Below, piece by piece: positions 49,482 through 59,292 of a stretch of DNA of 64,000 bases. How positions within the stretch are numbered: the stretch's first letter is position 1; each line of letters starts with the position of its first letter. The position numbers and the translations under genes are program-made. The stretch spans positions 542,996,001-543,060,000 of the forward strand of contig CM097882.1 of the NCBI GenBank assembly GCA_044892505.1, in the 5' to 3' direction. The notes below the pieces were generated by a model. The model was given only the letters and a program-made list of their open reading frames with translations, searched no databases and was not told the origin of the DNA. Origin of the DNA: Schmidtea nova. Taxonomy: Eukaryota.

Positions 49482-50076
49482 TTTCTTAACTGTCACAGGT
49501 TTACTTTACACTTATGTCCTTAATTTGCCTATTCCCATCACACAAGATTTAATTGTCAATAATATTTAGATTGTACTCACCGCGCACGCGGAACTCAAAG
49601 GAATTACCAACAGTGCGGCTATCACCCTCGCGGACATAAACCACAGAGGACGCGATTATCTATTTTAGGAGCAGAGTTTAATCGGGAATCCCTTAATTAA
49701 AACCAAACTTTAACTCGAAATGTTATTGTAAACATTACACACTGATTACTCCAAAAATACCATTACCCAAAATAAACATAAAACATTCTTCTGGAATCGA
49801 TCCACGTGACTAACTAGCGGAATCCAAAGAATTGCTCTCGGTAAATTAATTCTAAGTAAGTTTATATTGTGATTTTCAGAGTCTATACTAATTCTACTGA
49901 CGTCTACATATGTTGTTATTTAAATAATGATATTAATGACTTAAACTTGCTTATTAGTTTTAATTAGTGAGTATTTATTTATTTTTCATAAATTTAACTA
50001 TATAATTTGATTTACTTATTTTTTTAAATATTTGTTTTTAATTATATTAAATGATGTGTATTTTATGGTAATAACA
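49073..50076 (+). repeat. Probable solo LTR (TGTTG...TAACA), homologous to 33480-34053
   Basis: Inverted homology to the 33.5-34 kb block; TG..CA ends; weak TSD (ATAAA/AAAAA). Confidence 0.45.
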
Positions 50077-50329
50077 AAAAAATCTTTATGAAACCACTTG
50101 CAATCGAGGAAGGTTTATGTGTAATTTAAGAATATAAATAGCCTTTTTGATTTTTTAAAAAAATGCATCCCCCCTTTTTGGAAGAAGAAAGTGAAGAAAT
50201 AATTTTATTTCAAAAAAAGGACATGTTTTTTAGCTTTGTTCAAAAGAGTAATAGTAATAACTAAGCAACTTTTATTAATAAATAAGATACAGAACAGTTA
50301 GTGATCTGTACAAAATGTACAATAAATGT

Positions 50330-51730
50330 TAAAACAAATATTTTTTCCAATGAACTTCAGTTTCAAAAATTCAATTTTTCTCGATTTCGCATGAAGTTCC
50401 TCCATCAGTTTTACAGCAAGTTCAGCAATTTGGTTTGATCTGGGAATGTCAATTAATGACTCCTCGACTGACCAATGTGTCTTTAATCACTTAATTGCCT
50501 TCTTGCATTTTATATTGTTGAGTGAGGTAAACAGTTCATTGAAGGACGCTTTATTGTGATATTGCTAATGGAACCAAGTATTTTCCCATTCGTAGCAGAT
50601 GAAGTCGCATGCTGGAGCGAGGATGCTGCGCTACTCTGGTATCAGATATAATGATTTAACAGCATATATCTTGCCTGGTGTAAATTTGGGAGTTTCTTCC
50701 AGATGATTCGAGGCCAATGTGAAGTTGTTTTGTAATGACAATATGTCTGAATAGTTTAAAAAAGAATTTAAAATCATCTCGTCATCCAGGGTTCTCGCCT
50801 GTGTTAATGTCATCGGTCGCAACGAGGCGGTAATCAGCCTGAAGAGAGACATAGTTTTCTGTTAATTTGTCAATGAAAGAATAGTTGAGTTCTGGTCTGC
50901 ACGTTGGCTCTTGAATAAGGAAATTTATGACATACTTCAGAAGGAGGTCGAGTGCATGGTGCTGATAGCCAATATATTGTGGCTTCTGAAAGCCCTTGCT
51001 CAAGACATCATCCTGTATGAGCTTTACTATCCCGTGCAAACGACTAGTATTTACTGCGATCGTGTCGCAGATTATCATGCAAAATTTTTCAAGCATCGTA
51101 TTCATCAATTAGCTGATGTAGTTCCTTGTAAATGGCCGCGGCAGAACCACTCTCACATTTAAGAATACCGAGTTTGATTTCGGTTGTCATGTTTTTCAGC
51201 AGAACTACTTGATACTCTTCCCCTTGCAGTCTTTTACCATCAAACTGGAGACAATAGGGATCTTTGCTGTGAAGTTTTTGAACAATTTTGGTTTTCATTT
51301 TCTGTTCTTAGAAGATTACTCGTTTCCAGACATCCGCCTAACTTGGAACCGGCACATCATGTCCTCTTTTAGCAATGGTTGCAAGAACGTCATGTGCTTT
51401 ATGTGTAGAAATGTTGTTTTTCAGTACTAGTAAATGCGCTGTTGTAGTGCTTGCTCTTTGGTATTTCGGTTTGCATTCAGGAGAAGATGGCGCGGAAGAA
51501 GAGGTTAGCGACTCGGGTGAAGAAGCAGAGGTTTCAGAATCCGAAGATTCTGAAACAGTTTTATGTGTTTGTGTGGGTTGCGATTGAGAAGAGCTGGCTT
51601 GAGGTTGAGTTTTTGATAGTCGGATTCGTTTTCTTGGGTTGATTGATTCCAAAGTGGCTTGTTTGACCATTGAATAACCAATCTTTCCTCCACTCTTAAC
51701 TTGCCTCTGGTGGAGTTCTATATCCTCCAT
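50330..51730 (-). pseudogene. DDE transposase remnant, tentatively hATm-like
   Basis: LQFDGKR, MIICDTIAVNT, IGYQHHALDL, LHQAR, PRSNQIAELAVKL in broken frames; superfamily assignment is from recalled motifs only. Confidence 0.62.
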
Positions 51731-51849
51731 GCTTTTCTTTTCTCCATTAACGTTGGTGACATCAAATAACTGAGAAAGTGTTGCAGTGAATTTATCAGAG
51801 TAGTAGGAAGTGAGCCCGCCAGATATAGGTCAAGACCCCCCCCTAGAAA

Positions 51850-52906
51850 ATTTTTTTTATGTAGGTCAAATTTAAGGTCAAATTTTTCGCTTAAGGTCAC
51901 TTTGAGGACACTTTAAGGTCAAAAAAAGTAGGTCAGGGTCGTTTTAAGGACACTTTAAGGTGAACTTAAGGTCAAATTCGTGGTTTAAGGACACTTTAAG
52001 GACAAAAAGTAGGTCAAGGTCGTTTTAAGGACACTATAAGGTCAAAAAGAATGCCAATTTAAGGTCACGATAAGGACAAATTAAGTAGGTCAAATATTTT
52101 TAAGGTGAATTTAAGGTTAAAATAAGTAGGTCAAATATAATTTTCAAATTTTTTCTATGTCAGAAAAAAGTAGGTCAAATATTTTTAAGTTGCTATGACA
52201 ACGAATAAGTAGGTCAACTTTATTTTTTCAAAATTTGGTAGTTGCTATGACAACGAATTAAGTAGGTCAATAATAATTTTGAAAATTTTTCTATGTCAGA
52301 AAAAAGTAGGTCAAATATAAAAAACTTGAAAATTTTTCTATGTCAGAAAAAAGTAGGTCAACTTTATTTTTTCAAAAATTTTTCTGTCAGAAAAAAGTAG
52401 GTCAACTTTATTTTTCTTAAAATTTTTCTATGTCAGAAAAAAGTAGGTCACGAAAAATTTTCTATTTCAGAAAAAAGTGGGTCAAATTTATTCTTCTCAA
52501 AAATATTTCTATGTCAGAAATAAGTAGGTCAACTTTATTTTTATAAAAATTTTCCTATGTCAGAATTAAGTAGGTCAAATATAAAATTATTCAAAGTTAT
52601 AATATATTTAAAATATTTTCTATGTCGGAATTAAGTAGGTCAATTTAAGGTCAATGTGAGGACGAATTAAGTAGGTCAATTTAAGGTCAAGGTGAGGACA
52701 AATTAAGTAGGTCAATAATAATAATAATTTCTAAAGTTTTTTCTATGTAAAAATTAAGTAGGTTAATAATAAATTTCGAAATTTTTCAAAGTCAGAATTA
52801 AGGGTACATTCAGGATACTACAAGGTCAACAAAGTAGGTAAAATATATTTTTTCTGTCAGAAAAAAGTAGGTCACGAACAATTTTTCTATGTCAGAAATA
52901 AGTAGG
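51850..52906. repeat. Degenerate tandem array rich in AAGTAGGTCA and TAAGG(T/A)CA motifs, continuing into the gap
   Basis: About 17 exact AAGTAGGTCA copies counted by eye, plus recurring TTTCTATGTCAGAA; lies 5' of the transposase. Confidence 0.9.
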
Positions 52907-53222
52907 NNNNNNNNNNNNNNNNNNNNNNNNNNNNNNNNNNNNNNNNNNNNNNNNNNNNNNNNNNNNNNNNNNNNNNNNNNNNNNNNNNNNNNNNNNNNNN
53001 NNNNNNNNNNNNNNNNNNNNNNNNNNNNNNNNNNNNNNNNNNNNNNNNNNNNNNNNNNNNNNNNNNNNNNNNNNNNNNNNNNNNNNNNNNNNNNNNNNNN
53101 NNNNNNNNNNNNNNNNNNNNNNNNNNNNNNNNNNNNNNNNNNNNNNNNNNNNNNNNNNATCTTATAAAAAATGGAACAATCAAAAACTAAAATTTAAATT
53201 ACTAACATTTATTAAATAACAT

Positions 53223-53690
53223 TTATGCATATCGTGCACTGTCAATTCCCCAAATTGGAGTTATAACATCTTTTGTATCTACTTTATAACCCTGAATAAT
53301 TATATTAATGAACCAGTGTTCTTGATCCTTGTATTCGATTGATTGGAACGCATCATGAAAACGAGTTTTTCTGTTGTTGATGTATATTGTTGCTTTGCAA
53401 CTTAAATTTTTATTGATTTTCAATAAAACTTTATTTAGTGCAACAACATCTTCTTTAGATATATTTGCAGCTAAACTGTCATACAATGATTTTGTTAATT
53501 TAACCGGATACAATAATCTAAAAGGTATTTCTTCTACTAAGAAATAAATTTTATAGTCATAATACATTTGGACTGGTTTGACTTCTGTCTTCATTTTTCT
53601 TTTAATTCCTTCTTTTTTGTTTTCTTCCCCATTGATTGGGTTGTTAAAAATATTATCATAAGTAGGAAAATTTTCTTTGTAAGATTGCAT
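53223..53690 (-). CDS. Polinton-associated hypothetical protein (155 aa)
   Basis: Intact ORF with ordinary amino-acid composition, co-oriented with neighbouring ORFs; no motif recognised. Confidence 0.6.
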   Translation of the reverse strand: MQSYKENFPTYDNIFNNPINGEENKKEGIKRKMKTEVKPVQMYYDYKIYFLVEEIPFRLLYPVKLTKSLYDSLAANISKEDVVALNKVLLKINKNLSCKATIYINNRKTRFHDAFQSIEYKDQEHWFINIIIQGYKVDTKDVITPIWGIDSARYA

Positions 53691-54279
53691 TTTAATAATT
53701 GTGACATTATCTAAAAAATAGCTTTGTATTTATAGTCATGAGTTTATGTCTTTGTCCAATGAAAATGAAGCATTCACATTGTGTGTTATGGATGTGTGTA
53801 TGTTATGCGTGTGTGTATGTCTTTGTTACATGTTTTTTGTCGAATGTGTGTATGTCTTTGTTACATGTTTTTGTCACATGTGTATCTTTGTCACATGTGT
53901 ATCTTTGTCACATGTATTAAATAATTGATCATGTGTGCGTATTTTTATTTAGTTAAATGTTTTATTTAATGTCTTTATTTAAAATGTTTATGTATTTAGT
54001 TAATATTTATATTTCTTTATAAGTCAAATTGTTTTAATAATGAAAACCTCTATATTAAGAAAAACATTACTATTTAAAATAATAAACTAAAACCTGAACT
54101 TTAATATAAATTTATAAACAAACTAAAATACTAATACTAATAAATTTATTAAATGAAAACTAAAATACTAATACTAATACATTTATTAAATGAAAACTAA
54201 AAAAGGTATTTACAAATTATAACACACAAAAACATAAATAATAACAATAAAAATAACATAAAACATAAAATATATTCAA

Positions 54280-54887
54280 TTATTTCTGTGGTGATGATTG
54301 ATTGCAATCTATCATTTCACGATTGCATTCTTCGTAATCTGGAAGATCATCGGGAATCTTGCGATGACATTCCTCACAATTAGGTGATTCTGGCGAATCG
54401 CCGCATTGTGACAATTTATCACATTGAATCGATTCGTCTGTAGGACCCGAACAATCAGCGGATCCATTGTAATCAGGAGTATTATTGGGCCATATTTTAG
54501 GTTCTTCTTCTTCTTTTGAGGATTCTAATTCGAATCTTTTTAGTTCCGTCCGCAAAATCCATATACGGAACCTCTCAATTCGGTCAGTACAATGACCGCA
54601 TTGATAGGCACACAGGATGTGCTCGGCCATGAAAGGGATTTCGACATTTAGATTTGCGAGGTGGTCCAGCAATATTTGATTAATATCTATTCCCGTAATA
54701 CACTGGATCTTATACGGGAGTAGTTCCGGTGCTGTGTAAGTCAGCTGCGTCATCAAATTGGGGAATATTTCTTCCAGTTTTCTGTATAATACAGCCATCA
54801 TCTTTTCTAAAAAAAGTAAATTATAAAAAATATAAACAAGTAATTTTTTAATTTACCATTTTTGAGTTTTGTCGATGTGAGACTCAT
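54280..54887 (-). CDS. Polinton-associated hypothetical protein, two exons (54887-54857, 54806-54280)
   Basis: ATG exon MSLTSTKLKN joined in frame across a 50-nt GTAAAT...TTTAG intron; CAYQCGHC and an acidic Cys-rich tail. Confidence 0.62.
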
Positions 54888-54968
54888 TTTAGATATAAAT
54901 TATCGCAAAATGTTCATGGTATATATACGATAGTAACACACACAACATATATGAAATAATACACACAT

Positions 54969-55032
54969 AACCAATCAGATTCGAGTGCACGTAATATGTC
55001 TTTATCTGATAAATACATACACAGCCAATCAG
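54969..55032. promoter_or_regulatory. Paired CCAAT boxes (A(A/G)CCAATCAGA) upstream of the 54887 gene
   Basis: Two copies at 54971 and 55025, in the intergenic gap. Confidence 0.4.
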
Positions 55033-55055
55033 AATCGTGCATTACTATTGTAGGT

Positions 55056-55532
55056 TTATTGCAAACATGAGTCACATGATAATAAAAAATCTAAAAAGTC
55101 TTTATCTTCAATAATTGATTTTATATCGATAATAATACTATCAACTATATTATAATAATCCCTATTTTTTAACCCTAATATCACTACTTTACCGCTTGCA
55201 AATATATTAACACACATAGGATTATATTTTATATATCTCAAAGCTGGAAATATTTCTGGCTCGTAAACACAATCCATTAATTTAGATAAAACATTTAAAT
55301 TACAACTAAATCCCAAGTCTACCGTTACAGTAATTGATTGTATTTTTAAATCATAAATCTTTACTTTTTCATCACTAATAAATTCCTTGCATCCCATTAT
55401 TCTAAATCTTCCGGTCTTAAAAAATATTATCGGGTACTTACCACTTCTATCAATAATTTGCTGTGGTTTCCCCTTTGGGAAATTCAAGTGAGATACATCA
55501 GTTTTACCCTTATAATTTATGTTGCTAATCAT
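55056..55532 (-). CDS. TATA-box-binding-protein-like protein (158 aa) encoded in the Polinton
   Basis: Repeat 2: IQSITVTVDLG...YEPEIFPAL...VNIFASGKVVILG; degenerate repeat 1: ISNINY...IIFFKTGRFRIMG. Confidence 0.85.
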   Translation of the reverse strand: MISNINYKGKTDVSHLNFPKGKPQQIIDRSGKYPIIFFKTGRFRIMGCKEFISDEKVKIYDLKIQSITVTVDLGFSCNLNVLSKLMDCVYEPEIFPALRYIKYNPMCVNIFASGKVVILGLKNRDYYNIVDSIIIDIKSIIEDKDFLDFLLSCDSCLQ

Positions 55533-55628
55533 TACTTTAATGAATATTTTTTAAATATGAGAACTGTAATGAAAACTATTATTTAAAACAAATATAAACA
55601 ATAATACTAAAATAATAAAATAAAAAAT

Positions 55629-56279
55629 ATGGAATTAAGAAATGATGCAGTGTTTCAAATTGTTGGACCGAGCGGGAGTGGGAAAACTTTATTTGTTTGT
55701 AAATTATTACAATCAAAATTATTTAAATTAAAGTTTAATAAAATTTATTGGCATAGGGGTGCGGATGATGAACATGGAATGACTCAAGATCAATTTTGTA
55801 AAATAAAAATGACTATAATAAAAGGTTTCGATAAAAATTGGTCATCTAGATTACGACAAGGTGATGTGATTATTATTGATGATTTGTACCAAGAAGCAAA
55901 TAAAGAATAGGATTTTAATAATTTATTTACAAAAATCGCTAGACACAAGGGTGTTACAGTTATTTTTATTACTCAGAATTTATTTCATCAGGGTGGTAGT
56001 CATCGAACTCGTAATTTGAATGTTCAATATCTTGTTGTTTTTAAAAATCCTAGAGATGCAACAGTTATTGATTTTCTTGCAAGACAAGCATACCCTTCTA
56101 ATCGTAATTTCTTGATTGATGCATTCCAAGATGCCACAAAAGCCCCTCATGGATATCTTTTTCTTGATTTCACGCAACAATGTAGTGATGATTTACGAGT
56201 TAGAACAGATATTTTCAACAAGGAAGGAGCAATGGTTTATAAACAAAGTAAACTGGATGTATATTATCAATCATGTTAA
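55629..56279 (+). pseudogene. Polinton DNA-packaging ATPase (A32/FtsK-like), one premature stop at 55908-55910
   Basis: Walker A GPSGSGKT, Walker B IIIDD, ARH..FITQNLF, LNVQYLVVFKNPRD. Confidence 0.92.
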
Positions 56280-56815
56280 TGAAATCTAGAGTAAAGTTTG
56301 AGCGCTTGATAAAGGCTAGAAAAATGAAGAAACCGGGAAAGAAATTAGTTTCAAAGAAAGTATTTTCAAAGAAAACAAAGAAACCAGTTTCAAAAACCAG
56401 TTATACACCATCTAAAAAATTACTTATTGATAATATCCCAAAAAGTAATTGTATTCAAAATACTTACAAACCAAATCCAAAACAAATCCATCATCGTAGT
56501 TTCCCATTTTTCAATGCATTACTTAAAGCCCCTAGTATTAGAAGAATGAATATTTTACAATCATTTCCTAATTATGTTATTGACGATTTACTAATGATTT
56601 TAATTAAAGTTGTTAGAGGTAAAATCAATATAAGTGAATCTAATAGAAGAGTTTTGAACAAACACAAGAAACCATTGTTATCACTTGTGAAAACCAAAAA
56701 TAGAAAATTAATGCGTAAAATAATATATAAACAACAAGGAGGGTTTATTGCAGCATTGTTACCATTAGCATTATCACTATTAGGAGGTGCTGGTTTATTA
56801 GGAAAACAGTCATAA
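56273..56815 (+). CDS. Basic Polinton core/virion protein with C-terminal QQGG|F hydrophobic peptide
   Basis: Lys-rich N-terminus; KQQGGFIAALLPLALSLLGG, typical of Polinton small virion proteins. Confidence 0.75.
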   Translation: MLMKSRVKFERLIKARKMKKPGKKLVSKKVFSKKTKKPVSKTSYTPSKKLLIDNIPKSNCIQNTYKPNPKQIHHRSFPFFNALLKAPSIRRMNILQSFPNYVIDDLLMILIKVVRGKINISESNRRVLNKHKKPLLSLVKTKNRKLMRKIIYKQQGGFIAALLPLALSLLGGAGLLGKQS

Positions 56816-56870
56816 ACAATGGGACAATCGTTGCCTAATCTTAATTTAAACTTTAAATCTTCTTGTTGTA

Positions 56871-57919
56871 ATGGAGAAGATTTGGACCAACCCAAAACAC
56901 GAAGCAGGTTTCGGTGGAGTCGAAAAGCTAAGCAAAAATGTATTGAATTCGAAAAAAACAGACTCAAAGTTGGTTATCGGGGCAACTTGCATACAGTCTA
57001 AACAAACCGATGCTGAAACGGTTTCCGACTCGAGCATATAAAACATATAGAATTAATGATTTGTGGCAAATGGATTTGATGGAAATGATTCCATATTCAA
57101 AAATTAACAAGGGATACAAGTATATTTTAACATGTATTGATGTTTACAGTCGTTTTGCTCGGGCTATTCCAGTAAAATCTAAATCTGCTAATGATATGGC
57201 AATCGCAATCAAAACAATGTTCAAAAGTGGACGTCCAACTAATTTACAAACTGATTTGGGTAAGCTAATAAATATTTTATAAAATGATAATTATTTATCT
57301 AGGTAAGGAATTTTACAATAGCAAAGTTAAAGAAATTATAAAGGGAATCAATCATTACTCAGTATTCTCTCAATTCAAAGCCGCTCATGTTGAAAGATTT
57401 AATCGTACATTACGAGATCGTCTCAAAAGATATTTTGTGCATCAAGGGAATAAAACATGGATTAATGTTTTACCACAAATTATTCATAGTTATAATCATT
57501 CTGCTCATCGAGGTATAAATGGAAAGAAACCTGCTGAAGTAGTTGATACTGAAAATATTTTGAGTGATACGAAAATAAAGAAACCTAAATATAAAATAGG
57601 TGATCATGTTCGAATTAGTAAAATTAGTGCATCGCCATTCATTAAAAATTTTGATAGTAATTGGAGTGATAAGGTATTTAAAATATCGAAAGTCAACACA
57701 GTCCAGAATCCTGTCATGTATACTATTTCTGATTCTGATAACAATATAGTCAGTGGAAAATTCTATGAACAAGAATTACAAGTTATTCCCCCTCCCACAA
57801 TATTTAGAATTCAGAAAATATTGAAAACTAAAATGGTCGGTAAAGATAAACAATACTATGTAAAGTGGCATGGATATAAAGAACCATCATGGATATCGTC
57901 AAAAGACCTAGTAAAGTGA
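56871..57919 (+). pseudogene. Polinton retroviral-like integrase with C-terminal chromodomain; 43-nt intron (57260-57302) and a 5' frameshift
   Basis: GFGGVEKL, WQMDL, CIDVYSR, QTDLG|KEFYN restored by splicing, ERFNRTL, YYVKWHGY. Confidence 0.92.
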
Positions 57920-58935
57920 ATTTTTATACTATATTACCAAGTAATAGCTGTCCACTAATACATCCAGATAATCAAGCCAGTAAATTCATGGTCAATCTTC
58001 AAAATCCAATTTATTTAGATGGTAATTGGGAAGTTGCATTACAAGATTTCACGTTTGTGTACAACACATTTCCATTTTATAGTAAATGTAAGATTGATTA
58101 CAAAAGAATTGAAAATAGAACATGCAGTGGTCTATTCATCATCAACAATTTTGAAAGGATATATACTATTCCTAACCAAAATTTGAATGTTCATTGTAGT
58201 ATGTATTTCAGCAATGGTTGTTTAAATATTAATTGTGATTTTACTCCATATACAATTACATTTAAAAATATTGAAAAAGCCAAGCGAATGGGAAGTAATC
58301 AACTTAAAATTGTAAGTACACAGAAACAATATCAATTAAAGTTCATATTATTTGAACCGAATAGTTATTTGAAAGAAGATATTACGGTGAAAATATCTTA
58401 TGATGCAGAAATTGAAGATACATTTACATTTGCAAATGATTTGTATATAATACAACTGGAAGATTTATCTAAATATTTATCATTCAATTGTTCCCATATC
58501 TTTAAAACTCTAGAGATTAATAAATGGTTCCAATTCTGTCTCAATGATAATATTAGTGAAGTTACATTTGATAAAAACTTGGTCAATACTTTAGGATTAG
58601 CTAAACAAACGTATAGAGACCGAAACCTTATCGATGGAACTGTGAAACCTAAAATACTTGTTCATCATCAACAAATGTTCATATACAGTAACATTATTGA
58701 ACCAATAATTGTCGGTGATTCTCTGGTTCTTCTACTGAAATCGGTATGGATCGAAAAATATGAACAGGATGAAGTTGTACAAATAGTAATGGATAATCCA
58801 ATGTACTTACCTATTTCTACCTCATGTATAAACAATATAGAAATAAATATACGTGACGATAGTGGTAAATTAATAAATTTTCCAAAAGATTCAAAAACGC
58901 ATTTGACATTACATTTTCGTAAATTAAATGAGTAA
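57889..58935 (+). CDS. Polinton minor capsid (penton-like) protein
   Basis: FYTILPSNS...DNQASKF...GNWEVAL N-terminus; FIYSNIIEP.IVGD...YLP...IEINIRDDSG...LHFR C-terminus. Confidence 0.8.
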   Translation: MDIVKRPSKVNFYTILPSNSCPLIHPDNQASKFMVNLQNPIYLDGNWEVALQDFTFVYNTFPFYSKCKIDYKRIENRTCSGLFIINNFERIYTIPNQNLNVHCSMYFSNGCLNINCDFTPYTITFKNIEKAKRMGSNQLKIVSTQKQYQLKFILFEPNSYLKEDITVKISYDAEIEDTFTFANDLYIIQLEDLSKYLSFNCSHIFKTLEINKWFQFCLNDNISEVTFDKNLVNTLGLAKQTYRDRNLIDGTVKPKILVHHQQMFIYSNIIEPIIVGDSLVLLLKSVWIEKYEQDEVVQIVMDNPMYLPISTSCINNIEINIRDDSGKLINFPKDSKTHLTLHFRKLNE

Positions 58936-59292
58936 TCCCGATATAATTTCATTGTACAGTAATAGCCAAACCGGTGGCGAATTACCTTATTTTGTAGTTA
59001 AACAGTATGGATCAGGTTGGTTGAAAACTATTGGTAGATTTGCACTTCCAATACTTAAGGACTAGGCAGTTTTGGAATGAAAACGGCTAGAGATGTTATC
59101 ATGAAAGATCAGAAAATATTGCCTTCATTGAAAACGAATGCTATGGATGCTGTATCAAAGGCGATTCCTTCAATTACAAATATGTTTACAAAAAATGAAC
59201 CAGAACCTGAAACATTAAAACCAAGACGTAAAAAAGGTAGAAAGCGTATAAACAATCGAATGAAAGGACATGGAACTATATTTGAAGAATGA
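58928..59292 (+). pseudogene. Small Polinton virion protein with QTGG/GSG motifs and an amphipathic helix (frameshift ~59065)
   Basis: MSNPDIISLYSNSQTGGELPYFVVKQYGSGWLKTIGRFALPILK; basic C-terminus. Confidence 0.68.

Noticed and set aside
53738-54200. Cys/Val-rich 60-aa ORFs and short tandem repeats between Polinton ORFs
   Set aside because: Derived from TG-rich and AT-rich simple repeats; not credible proteins
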